Of a stretch of DNA of 64,000 nucleotides, positions 8,117 through 17,488 are shown piece after piece (position 1 is the stretch's first letter; the number at the start of each line of letters is the position of its first letter). Origin of the DNA: an uncultured Myxococcia bacterium. GTDB taxonomy: Bacteria; Myxococcota; Myxococcia; SLRQ01. The notes beneath the pieces were generated by a model. It was not told the origin of the DNA. It saw only the letters and a list, made by a program, of their open reading frames with translations, and searched no databases. Position numbers and translations under genes: made by a program. The DNA is taken from positions 6,285-70,284 of the forward strand of contig CAYYHA010000001.1 in the NCBI GenBank assembly GCA_964471535.1, read 5' to 3'.

Positions 8117-10528
8117 CTAGCCTCCCGGATTGATCACCACGATCGATTGCAGGTCGAGGCCCGCTGGATAGCCGTAGCTCACGTACTCGTCGTAGCCGTA
8201 GACGGTGACGCCGAAGGGCTGGTCGCTGGAGATGCTGTGGGTGCCGTCCGTGACGGAGACGCGGCCAACCTCGTAGCTGCTGCTTCCCGCCTGGATCCAG
8301 GTGGTGTTCACTGGAGAGCCGTCGAGAAGGATCGTCGCGCCCGTGGGGCGGACGACGTTCACGTAGTCCTGCGCGATCGTGGAGGGGGTGACGAAGCTGT
8401 AGCGGCGCTTGTACTGCGCGGTGGGCGCGGCGAGGATCATCGTGGGATCGCCCATCGTGCTGCCCGTGGCGTCCTGTCCCACCATGAACTGCCCCACCAG
8501 GATGGGGTGGTCGATGTCCTGGCTCTGCACCACGAAGTCCATCGCCGTCTGCAGCTCCACCCACTCGCCGGCGTTGAGGGTGACGTTGGCGTGGACGGAC
8601 GGCGGCGAAAAGCTCAGCACCGTTCCATCTGCCGCAGCCACGATCCGCCACAGGTCCCCCACGGCCGTGTTGCCGCCGGGGGGCGGCTGGGTCCGCGCCG
8701 CGACGTAGTGGTTGCCCCAAGTGGCGAAGGGCGGCATCTGCTGCTCCATGTGGTCGCAGGCCCACTTGTCGTAGGGGAGCAGGCGGCAGTCCGAACCGGC
8801 GTAGACGGCGACGGGCTTGTCGCTGGTGATGATGGTGCCCGTCAGATCGCTCCCTGGATACTCGGTGTGTGTGTCGGTGAGCGTTTCCAGGTTGAAGAAG
8901 CCACAGCTGAGCGGGCGGGTGAAGGTTTGCGCCGCCGGCGTCCCGTAGCGATCGCTGGCGAGCTGCAGCACTTCGAACTGCGCCAACGAGACGGTGACCT
9001 GCTGCCCCGGTGCGATCTGGCTGGGAAGGGATCCACCCGGTGCGATGGCGCCGCGTGCCACGATGGTCACCTGGGTCGTCCCCGGTGCGGTGGCGACGAT
9101 CGTGACGAAGGAGGGGAGGTCGAAGTCGACCTGCTGCCCGTCGCTGCACTCCCGGTGCAAGCTCATGTGGGGGACGGTCATGGCGAGGTAGGTGCTCGCT
9201 GGCGAGGCCGCCGGGTCGCCGAGGATGTGGGCCGGCAGGAGCAGGGAGGCATCGTTGCTGTACGAGAACGTGCCTCCATCCGCCGAGAGGATCGGGTTGA
9301 ACTGGTAGACGGTGACCGGCACCGTGCTGGTCAGCCGGTAGGCGGTCGCGCCCTTCTGGGTCTGACTGCGCCCGTTGGCGTCCACCGCGGGGAGCGCGTT
9401 CCAGGGCAGGCGCAGCTCCTGCAAGTTGCCGCCTGGGATGCTCGCCGACGCCACGGTGCTCCCGCTCGCGTCCTCGACGGTGATCTGTGCGGTGGTCCCC
9501 AGGTGGGGATTGCCGATCACCAGCGCATAGTCGTCGTGGAAGATCGGGTCGATCTGCGTGTTCGAGAGCGCCACCGGCCAGTACTCACAACCGATGTAGG
9601 ACCGCGTGTTCACCGCCTCGTCGCAGAGCGAGACGCAGGCCCCCTGGCGGCAGGTTGCCGCCTGCGCCGCGCAGTCCTCGACGGGGTCATAGCCGGTGCC
9701 ACTCGCGTTGCACTCCTCGACCGCTTCCCCGTTGCAGATGCGTGTCCCCGGCGTGCAGCTGAAGGCCACGCACTCACCTAGGTTGCCATCGCAGGTCGCG
9801 TTGGCGCCGCACGGCTCGGTCTGCCAGGCGGTGCCGGTGGCGTTGCAGACCTCGCGGGTGTTCTGATCGGCGCAGCGGGCCTCCCCCGGGCTGCAGAGCT
9901 GACAGGTTCCCTCGATGCAGGTGCCGGCGCCGCAGTCGCTCGGGCTGCCCCACCCGCTCCCGTCCGCCGCGCAGGTCTCCACCGCGTTGCCGTTGCAACG
10001 GGTGGTGCCCGGGGCGCAGGCGGCACAGGCGCCCGCCACGCAGACCGGTGTGGAATCGGCGCAGGGCGTCTCGATCCATTGGCTTCCGTCGTCCGAGCAG
10101 GTCGCAAGGCCCGTTGCGTCGCTGTTGCACTGCACGGTGCCGGGCGTACAGATGCCCATGGGGCCGCCGTCCTCCGAGCCGCCGTCGGCGGGGCTCCCGC
10201 CATCGGAGCCGCCGTCGGGACCGCCCGCACTTTCACAGGCACCGGTGAGCACGTTGCAGGTCTCTCCCGGCCCGCAGTCGCTGTCGCGCATGCACACCGA
10301 GGGCGCCTCGCAGACCCCGCCGTTGCACACGGTTCCGGAGGGGCAGTCGCTGTCGAAGAGGCAGGTACCGGTGGCGCCGTCGCTTCCACCGCCTCCACCC
10401 CCATCCCGTCGGCCGCCACTGTCCGGCTCGGGGCAGGCCACCATCGAGAGAGCCAGCAGCGCGCCCACGATCGGCAGCGCCCGGCGCGCCCTCCACTTTG
10501 GTCCCGTCTGGTCCGGCGTACGGTGCAT
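8117..10528 (-). CDS. Secreted lipoprotein with four tandem ~45-aa six-cysteine repeats (Myxococcota-type putative metal-binding Cys-rich repeat) and a large C-terminal beta-rich domain
   Basis: It has a signal plus lipobox (LALSMVAC) and a Gly-rich linker. The repeats have the form CxPGTxxCNGxAVExCxxDGSGWxxxxDCxAGTCxxGxCxxC. The C-terminal region is roughly 550 aa. Confidence 0.8.
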   Translation of the reverse strand: MHRTPDQTGPKWRARRALPIVGALLALSMVACPEPDSGGRRDGGGGGGSDGATGTCLFDSDCPSGTVCNGGVCEAPSVCMRDSDCGPGETCNVLTGACESAGGPDGGSDGGSPADGGSEDGGPMGICTPGTVQCNSDATGLATCSDDGSQWIETPCADSTPVCVAGACAACAPGTTRCNGNAVETCAADGSGWGSPSDCGAGTCIEGTCQLCSPGEARCADQNTREVCNATGTAWQTEPCGANATCDGNLGECVAFSCTPGTRICNGEAVEECNASGTGYDPVEDCAAQAATCRQGACVSLCDEAVNTRSYIGCEYWPVALSNTQIDPIFHDDYALVIGNPHLGTTAQITVEDASGSTVASASIPGGNLQELRLPWNALPAVDANGRSQTQKGATAYRLTSTVPVTVYQFNPILSADGGTFSYSNDASLLLPAHILGDPAASPASTYLAMTVPHMSLHRECSDGQQVDFDLPSFVTIVATAPGTTQVTIVARGAIAPGGSLPSQIAPGQQVTVSLAQFEVLQLASDRYGTPAAQTFTRPLSCGFFNLETLTDTHTEYPGSDLTGTIITSDKPVAVYAGSDCRLLPYDKWACDHMEQQMPPFATWGNHYVAARTQPPPGGNTAVGDLWRIVAAADGTVLSFSPPSVHANVTLNAGEWVELQTAMDFVVQSQDIDHPILVGQFMVGQDATGSTMGDPTMILAAPTAQYKRRYSFVTPSTIAQDYVNVVRPTGATILLDGSPVNTTWIQAGSSSYEVGRVSVTDGTHSISSDQPFGVTVYGYDEYVSYGYPAGLDLQSIVVINPGG

Positions 10529-10779
10529 GGGCTCCCTCTCCTTCCCAGCATAGCCCCCGGCAGGGCGTCGCGGAGAGTAGCCGCTCGAGAGCGCCTGTGG
10601 GTCCCGCCGGCGCTTTCGTAAGCCTACATCGACCTACATGGCCTAGAAGGGCCCCGGGCGCGGGCGCGCCTTCGGGGCGCCGACACCTAGGGCCTCCCCT
10701 CGGTTCCTATGCTCCGCCGCCCGGGCTCGGTGGGGCTCCACTTCTCTCGGCCGCGCGCCTTGGCGTACCGTCCTCGCCC

Positions 10780-12954
10780 GTGGACCCCGCCCGACGACCG
10801 GCGCGCTTCGCCGCGCTCCTTCTCCTTGCGCTAGCCGTGGCGGTCGCGGCACCGGCGCTCGTGGCGGCGCCCGTGGCGCTGTGGGGAGACTCGGGCGACG
10901 CGTGGCAAAACCTGTGGAACGGCTGGTGGTTCGCCGAAGCCGTCGCCTCGGGGCACTCGCCGTTCTACACCCATCACCTCTGGTACCCCGACGGCGTCAG
11001 CCTGTGGCTGCAGACCTTCGGCCCCCTGAACGCGGCGGCGACGGCGCTCCTCTCGCGCCTCCTCCCGGGCTTCCTCGGCTACGACCTGGTGGTCCTGGGT
11101 CACCTCTTCTTCGGTGCCTTCGCCGCATGGTGGCTCTGCGACCGCCTCCTCGGGGAGGCCGGCCTCGCCCGTGGCCCGGTGCGGCTGCTCGCCGCCCTGG
11201 CTGGCGCCGTCGTCTTCGGCTTCTCCCCCTACGTCTGGGCCCACCTCTCGGTGCACCTGCACCTCTCCTCCATCGGTTTCCTGGCCCTCTTCGCGGGAAC
11301 GCTCCCCCGGGCGGCCGATCCCAAGGCGGGATGGAGACCCCTCCTCGGTGCGGGCCTGCTGGCGCTCTGCCTGGGGCTGTGCGGCTGGTACCTGGTGCTC
11401 GACGCGGCGCTCCTGGGCGCGGTGTTCCTCTTACTGGCCCTCGCCCGCGCCCCACAGAGCGGCCTGCGCCCCGCCCTGCGCCTCGCCGGCGCCGGCCTCC
11501 TCGCGGGTCTCTTGCTCCTGCCTCTCCTCGTCCCCACCCTCCTGGCCCTCCGCGAGCCGGTCGAAGGGGCCCACGACCCCGTCACCTTCTCCACCGACCT
11601 CCTCTCCCTCTGGCTTCCCACCCCGAAGCAGTGGCTGGGCCGCTACTTCCTCGAGACGACGACGCGCTTCACCGGCAACGCCGGGGAGAACGGCGGATAC
11701 CTGGGCTACCTGCCCCTGGCCGCCACGGGCCTGGCCCTGTGGCGCCGGCGTACGCCCGCGCTGGTGGGCCTGGGGCTCGCGGGACTCGCCGGGGTGGTGC
11801 TGTCCTTTGGTCCCCACCCGCACCTTGCCGGGGCGATCCACCGGGAGGTTCTGCTGCCCTATGCGGCGCTCGCCCGGATGCTCCCCTTCCTGGGGCAGCT
11901 CGGCTGTCCGGTGCGCCTGGGGCTCCTCGGCCACCTGGCCCTCGCCGCGGGGACCGCGCTGGGCGTCTCGGTCCTCCTCGAGGCGTTGTCCCGCCGGCGC
12001 ACCGGCCCAGAGGATCCGTCCCTTCGTCCCCCCTGGCGCCTGTGGGCCGCGGGTCTCCTCGCACTGGCCCTCCTCCTCGTGGAGTACGCCCCGGCGGGAC
12101 AGCCGACCCACCGCTATCCCCGCCCCGCTTTTCTCGAGGCCCTCGGGCAGGTTCCGCCGACGGGCGCGATCGCCGATCTCACCGGCTGGACGCACCCCCT
12201 CTACAACCAGATGCTCCACGGGTGGCCCATCGTGCACGGCTACGTCTCGCGGCGGCCGCTGCGCCTGGTGCGGCGCCTGATGGCCGACCCGGTGCTGGGG
12301 CCCCTCTACGAAGAGGCGCTCTACGGCCGGGCGCCGCGGCAGCGTGCGCTCACGCGCATCGACGGCCCCATCGACTTCGACTGGGGCGAGGCGCCGCCGG
12401 CCCCCGGGGTTCAGGCCGACTTCGAGGCCGAGTGGGTGGGGCAGCTTCGCATCGACCGTCCGGGCCGCTACGCCTTCCGCCTGGGAAGCGACGACGACGC
12501 GGTCCTCTACCTCGATGGCCGGCGCGTCGTCGACAACTCGGGGGCACACCCCTTCGTCACCCGGGAGGGTGAGGTCACGCTCGCAGGCCCGCCCACCCTG
12601 CGCCTCACCTTTCGTGACCGCGGCGGCGCGGCGGCCGTGCGGCTGTGGTGGCGGCCACCTGGCGCCGCGGACTGGTCGATCGTGCCCCGCGAGGCCCTGC
12701 ACACCCGGGCGGGTGCGCCGGGCCTCGAAGGGGTCTACACCCACCGTGCCGCCCGGCCGCGCCTCCGTGGCGAGGCCGCGGCGCGCCACCTGCGCGCGCG
12801 CTGGGGCATCGCCTACCTCATCGCCTACGAGGGGCGATCCGCGGCGCTGTCCACCCTCGGCCTCGAGCGGGTGGGGGCCGCCCAGGGCATCGAGCTGTGG
12901 CAGGTTCCTGGGCCCGCGTCGCGGCCGGATCCCGCCCCCGCCGGCGATCGTTGA
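10780..12954 (+). CDS. Polytopic inner-membrane protein (glycosyltransferase-like, many TM helices) with C-terminal PA14 domain
   Basis: The putative GTG start at 10780 gives VDPARRPARFAALLLLALAVAVAAP; the ORF-track start at 10498 overlaps the divergent gene and is unlikely. There are at least 10 hydrophobic helices. The C-terminus (DFDWGEAPPAPGVQADFEAEWVGQLRIDRPGRYAFRLGSDDDAVLYLDGRRVVDN) matches the PA14 carbohydrate-binding fold signature. Confidence 0.7.
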   Translation: MDPARRPARFAALLLLALAVAVAAPALVAAPVALWGDSGDAWQNLWNGWWFAEAVASGHSPFYTHHLWYPDGVSLWLQTFGPLNAAATALLSRLLPGFLGYDLVVLGHLFFGAFAAWWLCDRLLGEAGLARGPVRLLAALAGAVVFGFSPYVWAHLSVHLHLSSIGFLALFAGTLPRAADPKAGWRPLLGAGLLALCLGLCGWYLVLDAALLGAVFLLLALARAPQSGLRPALRLAGAGLLAGLLLLPLLVPTLLALREPVEGAHDPVTFSTDLLSLWLPTPKQWLGRYFLETTTRFTGNAGENGGYLGYLPLAATGLALWRRRTPALVGLGLAGLAGVVLSFGPHPHLAGAIHREVLLPYAALARMLPFLGQLGCPVRLGLLGHLALAAGTALGVSVLLEALSRRRTGPEDPSLRPPWRLWAAGLLALALLLVEYAPAGQPTHRYPRPAFLEALGQVPPTGAIADLTGWTHPLYNQMLHGWPIVHGYVSRRPLRLVRRLMADPVLGPLYEEALYGRAPRQRALTRIDGPIDFDWGEAPPAPGVQADFEAEWVGQLRIDRPGRYAFRLGSDDDAVLYLDGRRVVDNSGAHPFVTREGEVTLAGPPTLRLTFRDRGGAAAVRLWWRPPGAADWSIVPREALHTRAGAPGLEGVYTHRAARPRLRGEAAARHLRARWGIAYLIAYEGRSAALSTLGLERVGAAQGIELWQVPGPASRPDPAPAGDR

Positions 12955-12985
12955 CACCCGCGGTGGGGCTGGGCAGGAAGGAACC

Positions 12986-13609
12986 ATGAAGCTCGTCAGC
13001 AACTCCTTCGCCCATGAGGCCCCCATCCCCGAGCGGTACGCGATGGGCAAGCCCGATCCCGAGACCCACGCGACCTTCTCGGACAACCTCAATCCCCACC
13101 TCGCCTGGTCCGAGGTCCCCGAGGGCACGCGCTCCTTCGCGCTGGTGGTGGTGGATCCCGACGCACCCTCGGTGCCCGACGACGTGAACAAGGAGGGTCG
13201 CACCATCCCCGCCGACCTGCCCCGCGTGGACTTCCACCACTGGGCGCTCGTGGACATCCCCGCCGATGTGCGCGAGATCGCCGAGGGCAGCCATTCGAAG
13301 GGGGTGACCCCGAAGGGCAAGCCGGCCGACGCCGCGCCGGTGGGCCGCCACGGGATCAACGACTACACGATGTGGTTCGAGGGCGATCCGGAGATGGGCG
13401 GCGACTACTACGGCTACGATGGCCCCTTCCCCCCGTGGAACGACTCCATCGTGCACCACTACCACTTCATCCTCTACGCCCTCGACGTGGAGCGCCTGCC
13501 GGTGGAGGGCCGCTTCACCGGGGCCGATCTGCGCAAGGCGGTCGCGGGGCACGTACTCGCCGAGGCCACCCTCACCGGCACCTACGCGATCCATCCCGCT
13601 CTGCGCTGA
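12986..13609 (+). CDS. YbhB/YbcL family protein (PEBP/Raf-kinase-inhibitor-like)
   Basis: The ATG at 12986 is preceded by AGGAAGGAA. The sequence MKLVSNSFAHEAPIPERYAMGK...VVDPDAPS...FHHW...HHYHFILYALD is the typical bacterial PEBP signature. Confidence 0.85.
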   Translation: MKLVSNSFAHEAPIPERYAMGKPDPETHATFSDNLNPHLAWSEVPEGTRSFALVVVDPDAPSVPDDVNKEGRTIPADLPRVDFHHWALVDIPADVREIAEGSHSKGVTPKGKPADAAPVGRHGINDYTMWFEGDPEMGGDYYGYDGPFPPWNDSIVHHYHFILYALDVERLPVEGRFTGADLRKAVAGHVLAEATLTGTYAIHPALR

Positions 13610-13652
13610 CGCGAGCCCGAAGAGCAGGCGGGGCGGTCTGGGCACCCTCGGG

Positions 13653-14273
13653 CTACCACCCGGGGGGCACCGCCCCGTGGAAGCAGGTGATGGTGTGGGG
13701 CCGGCCGGGGCCGCTCCACCGCGCCGCCACGGGTTCCTCTGGGCGCCCCGCCTTCAGACCTTCGGTTTCGCTCCACCCCGGCGCTTCGCCGGGGCCGAGG
13801 CTGTGGAGCCCGCTCTGCCAGGGGCCGATGATGAAGGTGTGGCCCGCTGCCCGGGTGCCGAAGAAGTCCACCCAGGCGCGGGCGAAGTCGTGGCCGGGGC
13901 GTGCGCCAAAGGTCTCGCAGGTGCGAAACCACCAGAGCGCCCGCGCACCGCACAGCCGCGATCTCAGCGTTCGGAGCAGGGGGCTTAGCGGGTGGCCTGG
14001 ACGGAGTGCACGCCGGTCGAGGGGCTTTCGGTCCATCAGCAGGGTGCCCCAGGTGCCGTGCCCCCAATACTGCACCTCGGAGATGGGCCGCTCGGGCGCG
14101 TAGCCAGCGAGCCACTCGAGCGCGTCGCTCCAGCGCTCGAAGCCGCGGTAGGCATCGAGCCGCCCGAGTGCCCGGTAGAGCCAGCCGCCGGCGATCCAGC
14201 TGTGGGTGAGCCCAGGAAGCGGACCCCATCCGCGACAGGTTCGGTCGTAGATCATCAGGCGGAGGCCGGACAT
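13653..14273 (-). CDS. Hypothetical Trp-rich protein (206 aa), translationally coupled to the upstream VWA lipoprotein
   Basis: The start ATG at 14271-14273 overlaps the TGA of the upstream gene as TGATG. The protein (MSGLRLMIYDRTCRGWGPLPG...WGHGTWGTLLMD...GHTFIIGPW) has no family I can recognise. The upper part of the long ORF 13653-15836 is an antisense artefact. Confidence 0.5.
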   Translation of the reverse strand: MSGLRLMIYDRTCRGWGPLPGLTHSWIAGGWLYRALGRLDAYRGFERWSDALEWLAGYAPERPISEVQYWGHGTWGTLLMDRKPLDRRALRPGHPLSPLLRTLRSRLCGARALWWFRTCETFGARPGHDFARAWVDFFGTRAAGHTFIIGPWQSGLHSLGPGEAPGWSETEGLKAGRPEEPVAARWSGPGRPHTITCFHGAVPPGW

Positions 14274-17200
14274 CAGAGACACGCAGCGTCGTACTCGATC
14301 ACGACGGTGGCCCCGGGGGGCGGGGTGGCGCCAGCGTCGAAGACGATCCGGTTCTCGGCGGCGTCGTAGCTCCAGGCGCCGGCGCCCGCGGGTACCTCCT
14401 GCCCATCGACGTAGACCCGGATGCTTCCCGCGACCGCGGGTTGGCTCAGAGGGTAGCCGCCCAGCGCACCAAAGATGCCCTCCGACAGGGCATCGGCCAC
14501 GGCCCCAAAGTCGGTGCACAGGTCGTAGATGCCGCCGCCGGTGGCGCTGGCCAGCGCCTCGTAGCGCATCCGTCGGGCCTCCTCGCCGGTTCCGCATGCC
14601 ATCGGTCCCACCACCGCGTGCAGCGTGGCCCCGTCCGGGGGCAGGTTGTTCAAGAACTCGATGGCCTCGTCCACCGTCTCGATGCTCTGATCCTCCTCGT
14701 CGCTGACCACGATGATGTGGAGCGGCGCGCCGGGGCGGCGGAAGCCGGCGTTGTCCGTCGAAGCGAGGGGCTCGCTCAAGGCGGCCATGAAGGCGGCGAT
14801 GCCCCGCTCGGTCCCGACGCCCGGCGGCAAGCTCCCCAGGGCGGCGGAGAGGGTCGCCGGTGGCGTGGGGTCCGTGCGGTCGAGCCATCGCGCACCGCTG
14901 GGGAAGCTCTGGAGCCGGCCCTGTTGCCCGGCGGTGAACATGTCGGTGGTGACCAGACCCACCCGAAAGTCGAGGCCGAGCTCGAGCGCCCGGCGCATGA
15001 AGCGATCGGCACTTCCCTGCAGCCGGGCAATGTCGTCGGACATCGAACCCGAGTTGTCGATGACCAAGAGCACGTCGACCGCCGCCGAACGACCGTTTGC
15101 GTAGACCTCGGTGCGGGCCGCGCTGCCCACCGCCTGCCCATAGAGCATCACCGGGGTCACGCCGACGACCGGGTCGGTCTCGATCTCCAGGGTGGCGGTA
15201 TCGAGTCCCACCCCCGTAGGGGCATAGCGCAGGCCCAGCGTCATCATCGCCCCCGGGTCGAGCTGCGCTGGCAGAGGGGGACGCGAGGTGAAGACGAAGG
15301 CGCCCGCCGGGACGACCCGGAGCGCCGTGATCTGCACCGGCTCCACACCGCTCCGATAGAGGGAGACTGTGGCCTCGGTGGAGGCGCAGCCCACCTGCAC
15401 GGCGCCGAAATCGAGCTCCTCCGGCGCGGGCAGGACCTCCCCGTCGAGCCCGATGCCGAAGAGCCCGATGGTCCGGCAGCCGGGGGTCCCGTCGCTGCAC
15501 TCCGAGGCCTCCGTCCCGTCGTCGGTGACGATCTCCAGGAGCCCGCAGCTCGGCTCGGCGAGGCCCGGCCGGTAGCGTACCTCGACGGTGCCCACCGCCC
15601 CCGCAGGAAGGATGGAGGTGGCGATACCGTCCACCAGGACTCGATCGGCGGGGGAGGCGAGGGAGTAGGGGCGTTCGCTGGGACTGGTGGCGTGGTCCGT
15701 CTGCACGCGCACTCGCTGAATGAAGCAGGCGCTCGGGCCGACATTGTGGATCTCGTAGCGTTTGACCTTCGTGGCCCCCACGGCCACGCCGCCGAAGGTC
15801 CCCTGCCGCCGGGAGAGCAGGGTCCCGTCGGTGCAACTCGAGCGGGGATTGGCCTCGGCGATGGGGGTGGGGATGGAGATATGGCAGCCGGAGGAAAGGT
15901 CCGGCCAGGCGACGAGCTCCACCTCCACCGGGGCCTCGATGTCGCCGGTGAGGCGGAGCCGGGCGACGTCCGCGTCGGGACGACCGTCGGAGTGGTATGC
16001 GACGCGGAAGGAGAGCGCGTCACCGGGATCCATCTGGAAGGGAAAGTGATCGACGGGCCACTGGCTGATGCGAAACCGGCCCTCACCCCCGGCGATCTCC
16101 GCTACCAGCCCGGTACATGGCGCATCGCCCACGTTGGCGAGCACCACGGTGCGCTCCGCCGTCTCATTTGGCGCCACGACGCCGTAGCTCACCGTCCACG
16201 CCGCCGGCTCGAGGCGGCAGCCCGGGGGAAAGGCAGCCTCGGCGCGCAGCGGCACCCCCATCTGTCGCTGCGCGGGATCGTTCGACTGCACCATGAAGCG
16301 GCCGAGCACGGTGCCGTAGCGGCTCGCCACGAAGGAGAGCACAAGCTCCGCCTCTTCCCCCGGTGCGAGGGTGAAGGGCGGCGTGTGGGAGGCCGTCTCG
16401 AGGGAGAAGGCATCACTCTCGCGGACGCCGTTGCCGTCGCGCATCGCCCAGGCCTCCACGGCGACGGGGCGCAGCCCACAGCTCCGCAAGGTGAGCGAAG
16501 CCTCGGCTGCTTCTCCAACGACCACCTCACCGAAATCCACATGCGACGGATCGGGGCACAGGCGGGGTGCATCGCCTCGGCCAAAGAGGTCGAGGAGCAG
16601 CTCCCCCCGCGGGTCGTCGGATCCGATGCGGAGGAGGGCCCGATTCGTGCCTCCGACGCGGGGATGGAAGCGGACCGTGAGCGGGATCGAGGCACCCGCC
16701 TCGAGGCGCGTGGGCACTGCGGCGGGCAAGAGCTCGAAGCTCGAGGCTTCCTCGCCGTCCACGTTGGCTTCGAGGGAGGCGAGGGCGCCGGGACCATCGT
16801 TGTGCACCTCGAGGGCGCAGCGTTGGTCCGATTCGAGATCCAGGTCGGGGAAGGTCACCTCGAACGCCTCACCGGGGCGGGCGCATCGCCGCGCTTCGGC
16901 GCACGGGCCCGCCGGCAGGCACACGGTGAGCGCCGGGACCACACCGTCGCCGCGGACTGGGACCTGCAGCTTGGGTGAGGAGCGGTCGTTGGTGTGGAGC
17001 AGCAGGCTTCCCTCGTCGGGGCCCGTATCCACCGGGCGATAGGCGATCTCGAGCGCGAGGCACTCGCCGGGATCGATGCGATCGGAGGCGAGCCCGGGCC
17101 GCTCGACTCCGGTGCGGCAGTCGATGGGCACGAGGCGCCCGTCCCAGGTGAACTCCCCGGTCGAAGCCTGCAGCAGGGGCGTTTCGAGGAGGACGAGGCG

Positions 17201-17380
17201 GGCGCTGCCCTCGTTGCGCAGGACCACCTGCCGCGTCGCGCCCGCGGCCTGCGTCTGGCCCGGGAAGACGATGGGATCGGGTGTCACCTTGAGGACGGGG
17301 CCCACGTCTCGAAGACCCGTGCCCCCATCGAGGCACCCCACCGCCAGGGTGAGCATGGCTCCCAGCACGACGACCCGCAC
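14273..17380 (-). CDS. Large surface lipoprotein with at least 5 Ig-like repeat modules (ASH/choice-of-anchor-D-like) and a C-terminal von Willebrand factor A (VWA) domain with MIDAS
   Basis: It has a signal plus lipobox (MLTLAVGC). The repeats recur as [FY]G.V.VG..(6-8)..L.N.G...L (DPIVFPGQTQAAG..VVLRNEGSARLVL, HVDFGEVVVGEAAEASLTLRSCG, VSYGVVAPNETAERTVVLANVGDAP, GTFGGVAVGATKVKRYEIHNVGPSA, ELDFGAVQVGCASTEATVSLYRSG). The VWA domain is DVLLVIDNSGSMSDD ... HIIVVSDEEDQS. Confidence 0.85.
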   Translation of the reverse strand: MRVVVLGAMLTLAVGCLDGGTGLRDVGPVLKVTPDPIVFPGQTQAAGATRQVVLRNEGSARLVLLETPLLQASTGEFTWDGRLVPIDCRTGVERPGLASDRIDPGECLALEIAYRPVDTGPDEGSLLLHTNDRSSPKLQVPVRGDGVVPALTVCLPAGPCAEARRCARPGEAFEVTFPDLDLESDQRCALEVHNDGPGALASLEANVDGEEASSFELLPAAVPTRLEAGASIPLTVRFHPRVGGTNRALLRIGSDDPRGELLLDLFGRGDAPRLCPDPSHVDFGEVVVGEAAEASLTLRSCGLRPVAVEAWAMRDGNGVRESDAFSLETASHTPPFTLAPGEEAELVLSFVASRYGTVLGRFMVQSNDPAQRQMGVPLRAEAAFPPGCRLEPAAWTVSYGVVAPNETAERTVVLANVGDAPCTGLVAEIAGGEGRFRISQWPVDHFPFQMDPGDALSFRVAYHSDGRPDADVARLRLTGDIEAPVEVELVAWPDLSSGCHISIPTPIAEANPRSSCTDGTLLSRRQGTFGGVAVGATKVKRYEIHNVGPSACFIQRVRVQTDHATSPSERPYSLASPADRVLVDGIATSILPAGAVGTVEVRYRPGLAEPSCGLLEIVTDDGTEASECSDGTPGCRTIGLFGIGLDGEVLPAPEELDFGAVQVGCASTEATVSLYRSGVEPVQITALRVVPAGAFVFTSRPPLPAQLDPGAMMTLGLRYAPTGVGLDTATLEIETDPVVGVTPVMLYGQAVGSAARTEVYANGRSAAVDVLLVIDNSGSMSDDIARLQGSADRFMRRALELGLDFRVGLVTTDMFTAGQQGRLQSFPSGARWLDRTDPTPPATLSAALGSLPPGVGTERGIAAFMAALSEPLASTDNAGFRRPGAPLHIIVVSDEEDQSIETVDEAIEFLNNLPPDGATLHAVVGPMACGTGEEARRMRYEALASATGGGIYDLCTDFGAVADALSEGIFGALGGYPLSQPAVAGSIRVYVDGQEVPAGAGAWSYDAAENRIVFDAGATPPPGATVVIEYDAACL

Positions 17381-17488
17381 CCTTCCAGGCTAGAGAAGGC
17401 GGAGCCCACGGTGCAAGGGCGGGCCACGCATCGATGCCGCGCTGCGGACAGCGAGGTCGCTCGGGGGCGCCGCGCGCCCGGTACGACC

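Noticed and set aside
6848-8133. ORFs antisense or out of frame to phaC (6848-8020 -, 7327-8133 +, 7773-9149 -)
   Set aside because: They overlap a motif-rich PhaC and have low-complexity translations.
8060-9781. 573-aa + ORF
   Set aside because: It is antisense to the Cys-rich repeat lipoprotein and its translation is Arg/Gly/Asp-rich without motifs.
10881-13359. Long ORFs 10881-12572 (+), 11114-12280 (+) and 11431-13359 (-)
   Set aside because: They are alternate frames of the PA14 membrane protein. They are Pro/Arg-rich and lack the hydrophobic periodicity seen in the accepted frame.
14441-16978. 845-aa + ORF, and the 5' part of 13653-15836 (-)
   Set aside because: They are antisense or out of frame to the VWA lipoprotein and have no domains.
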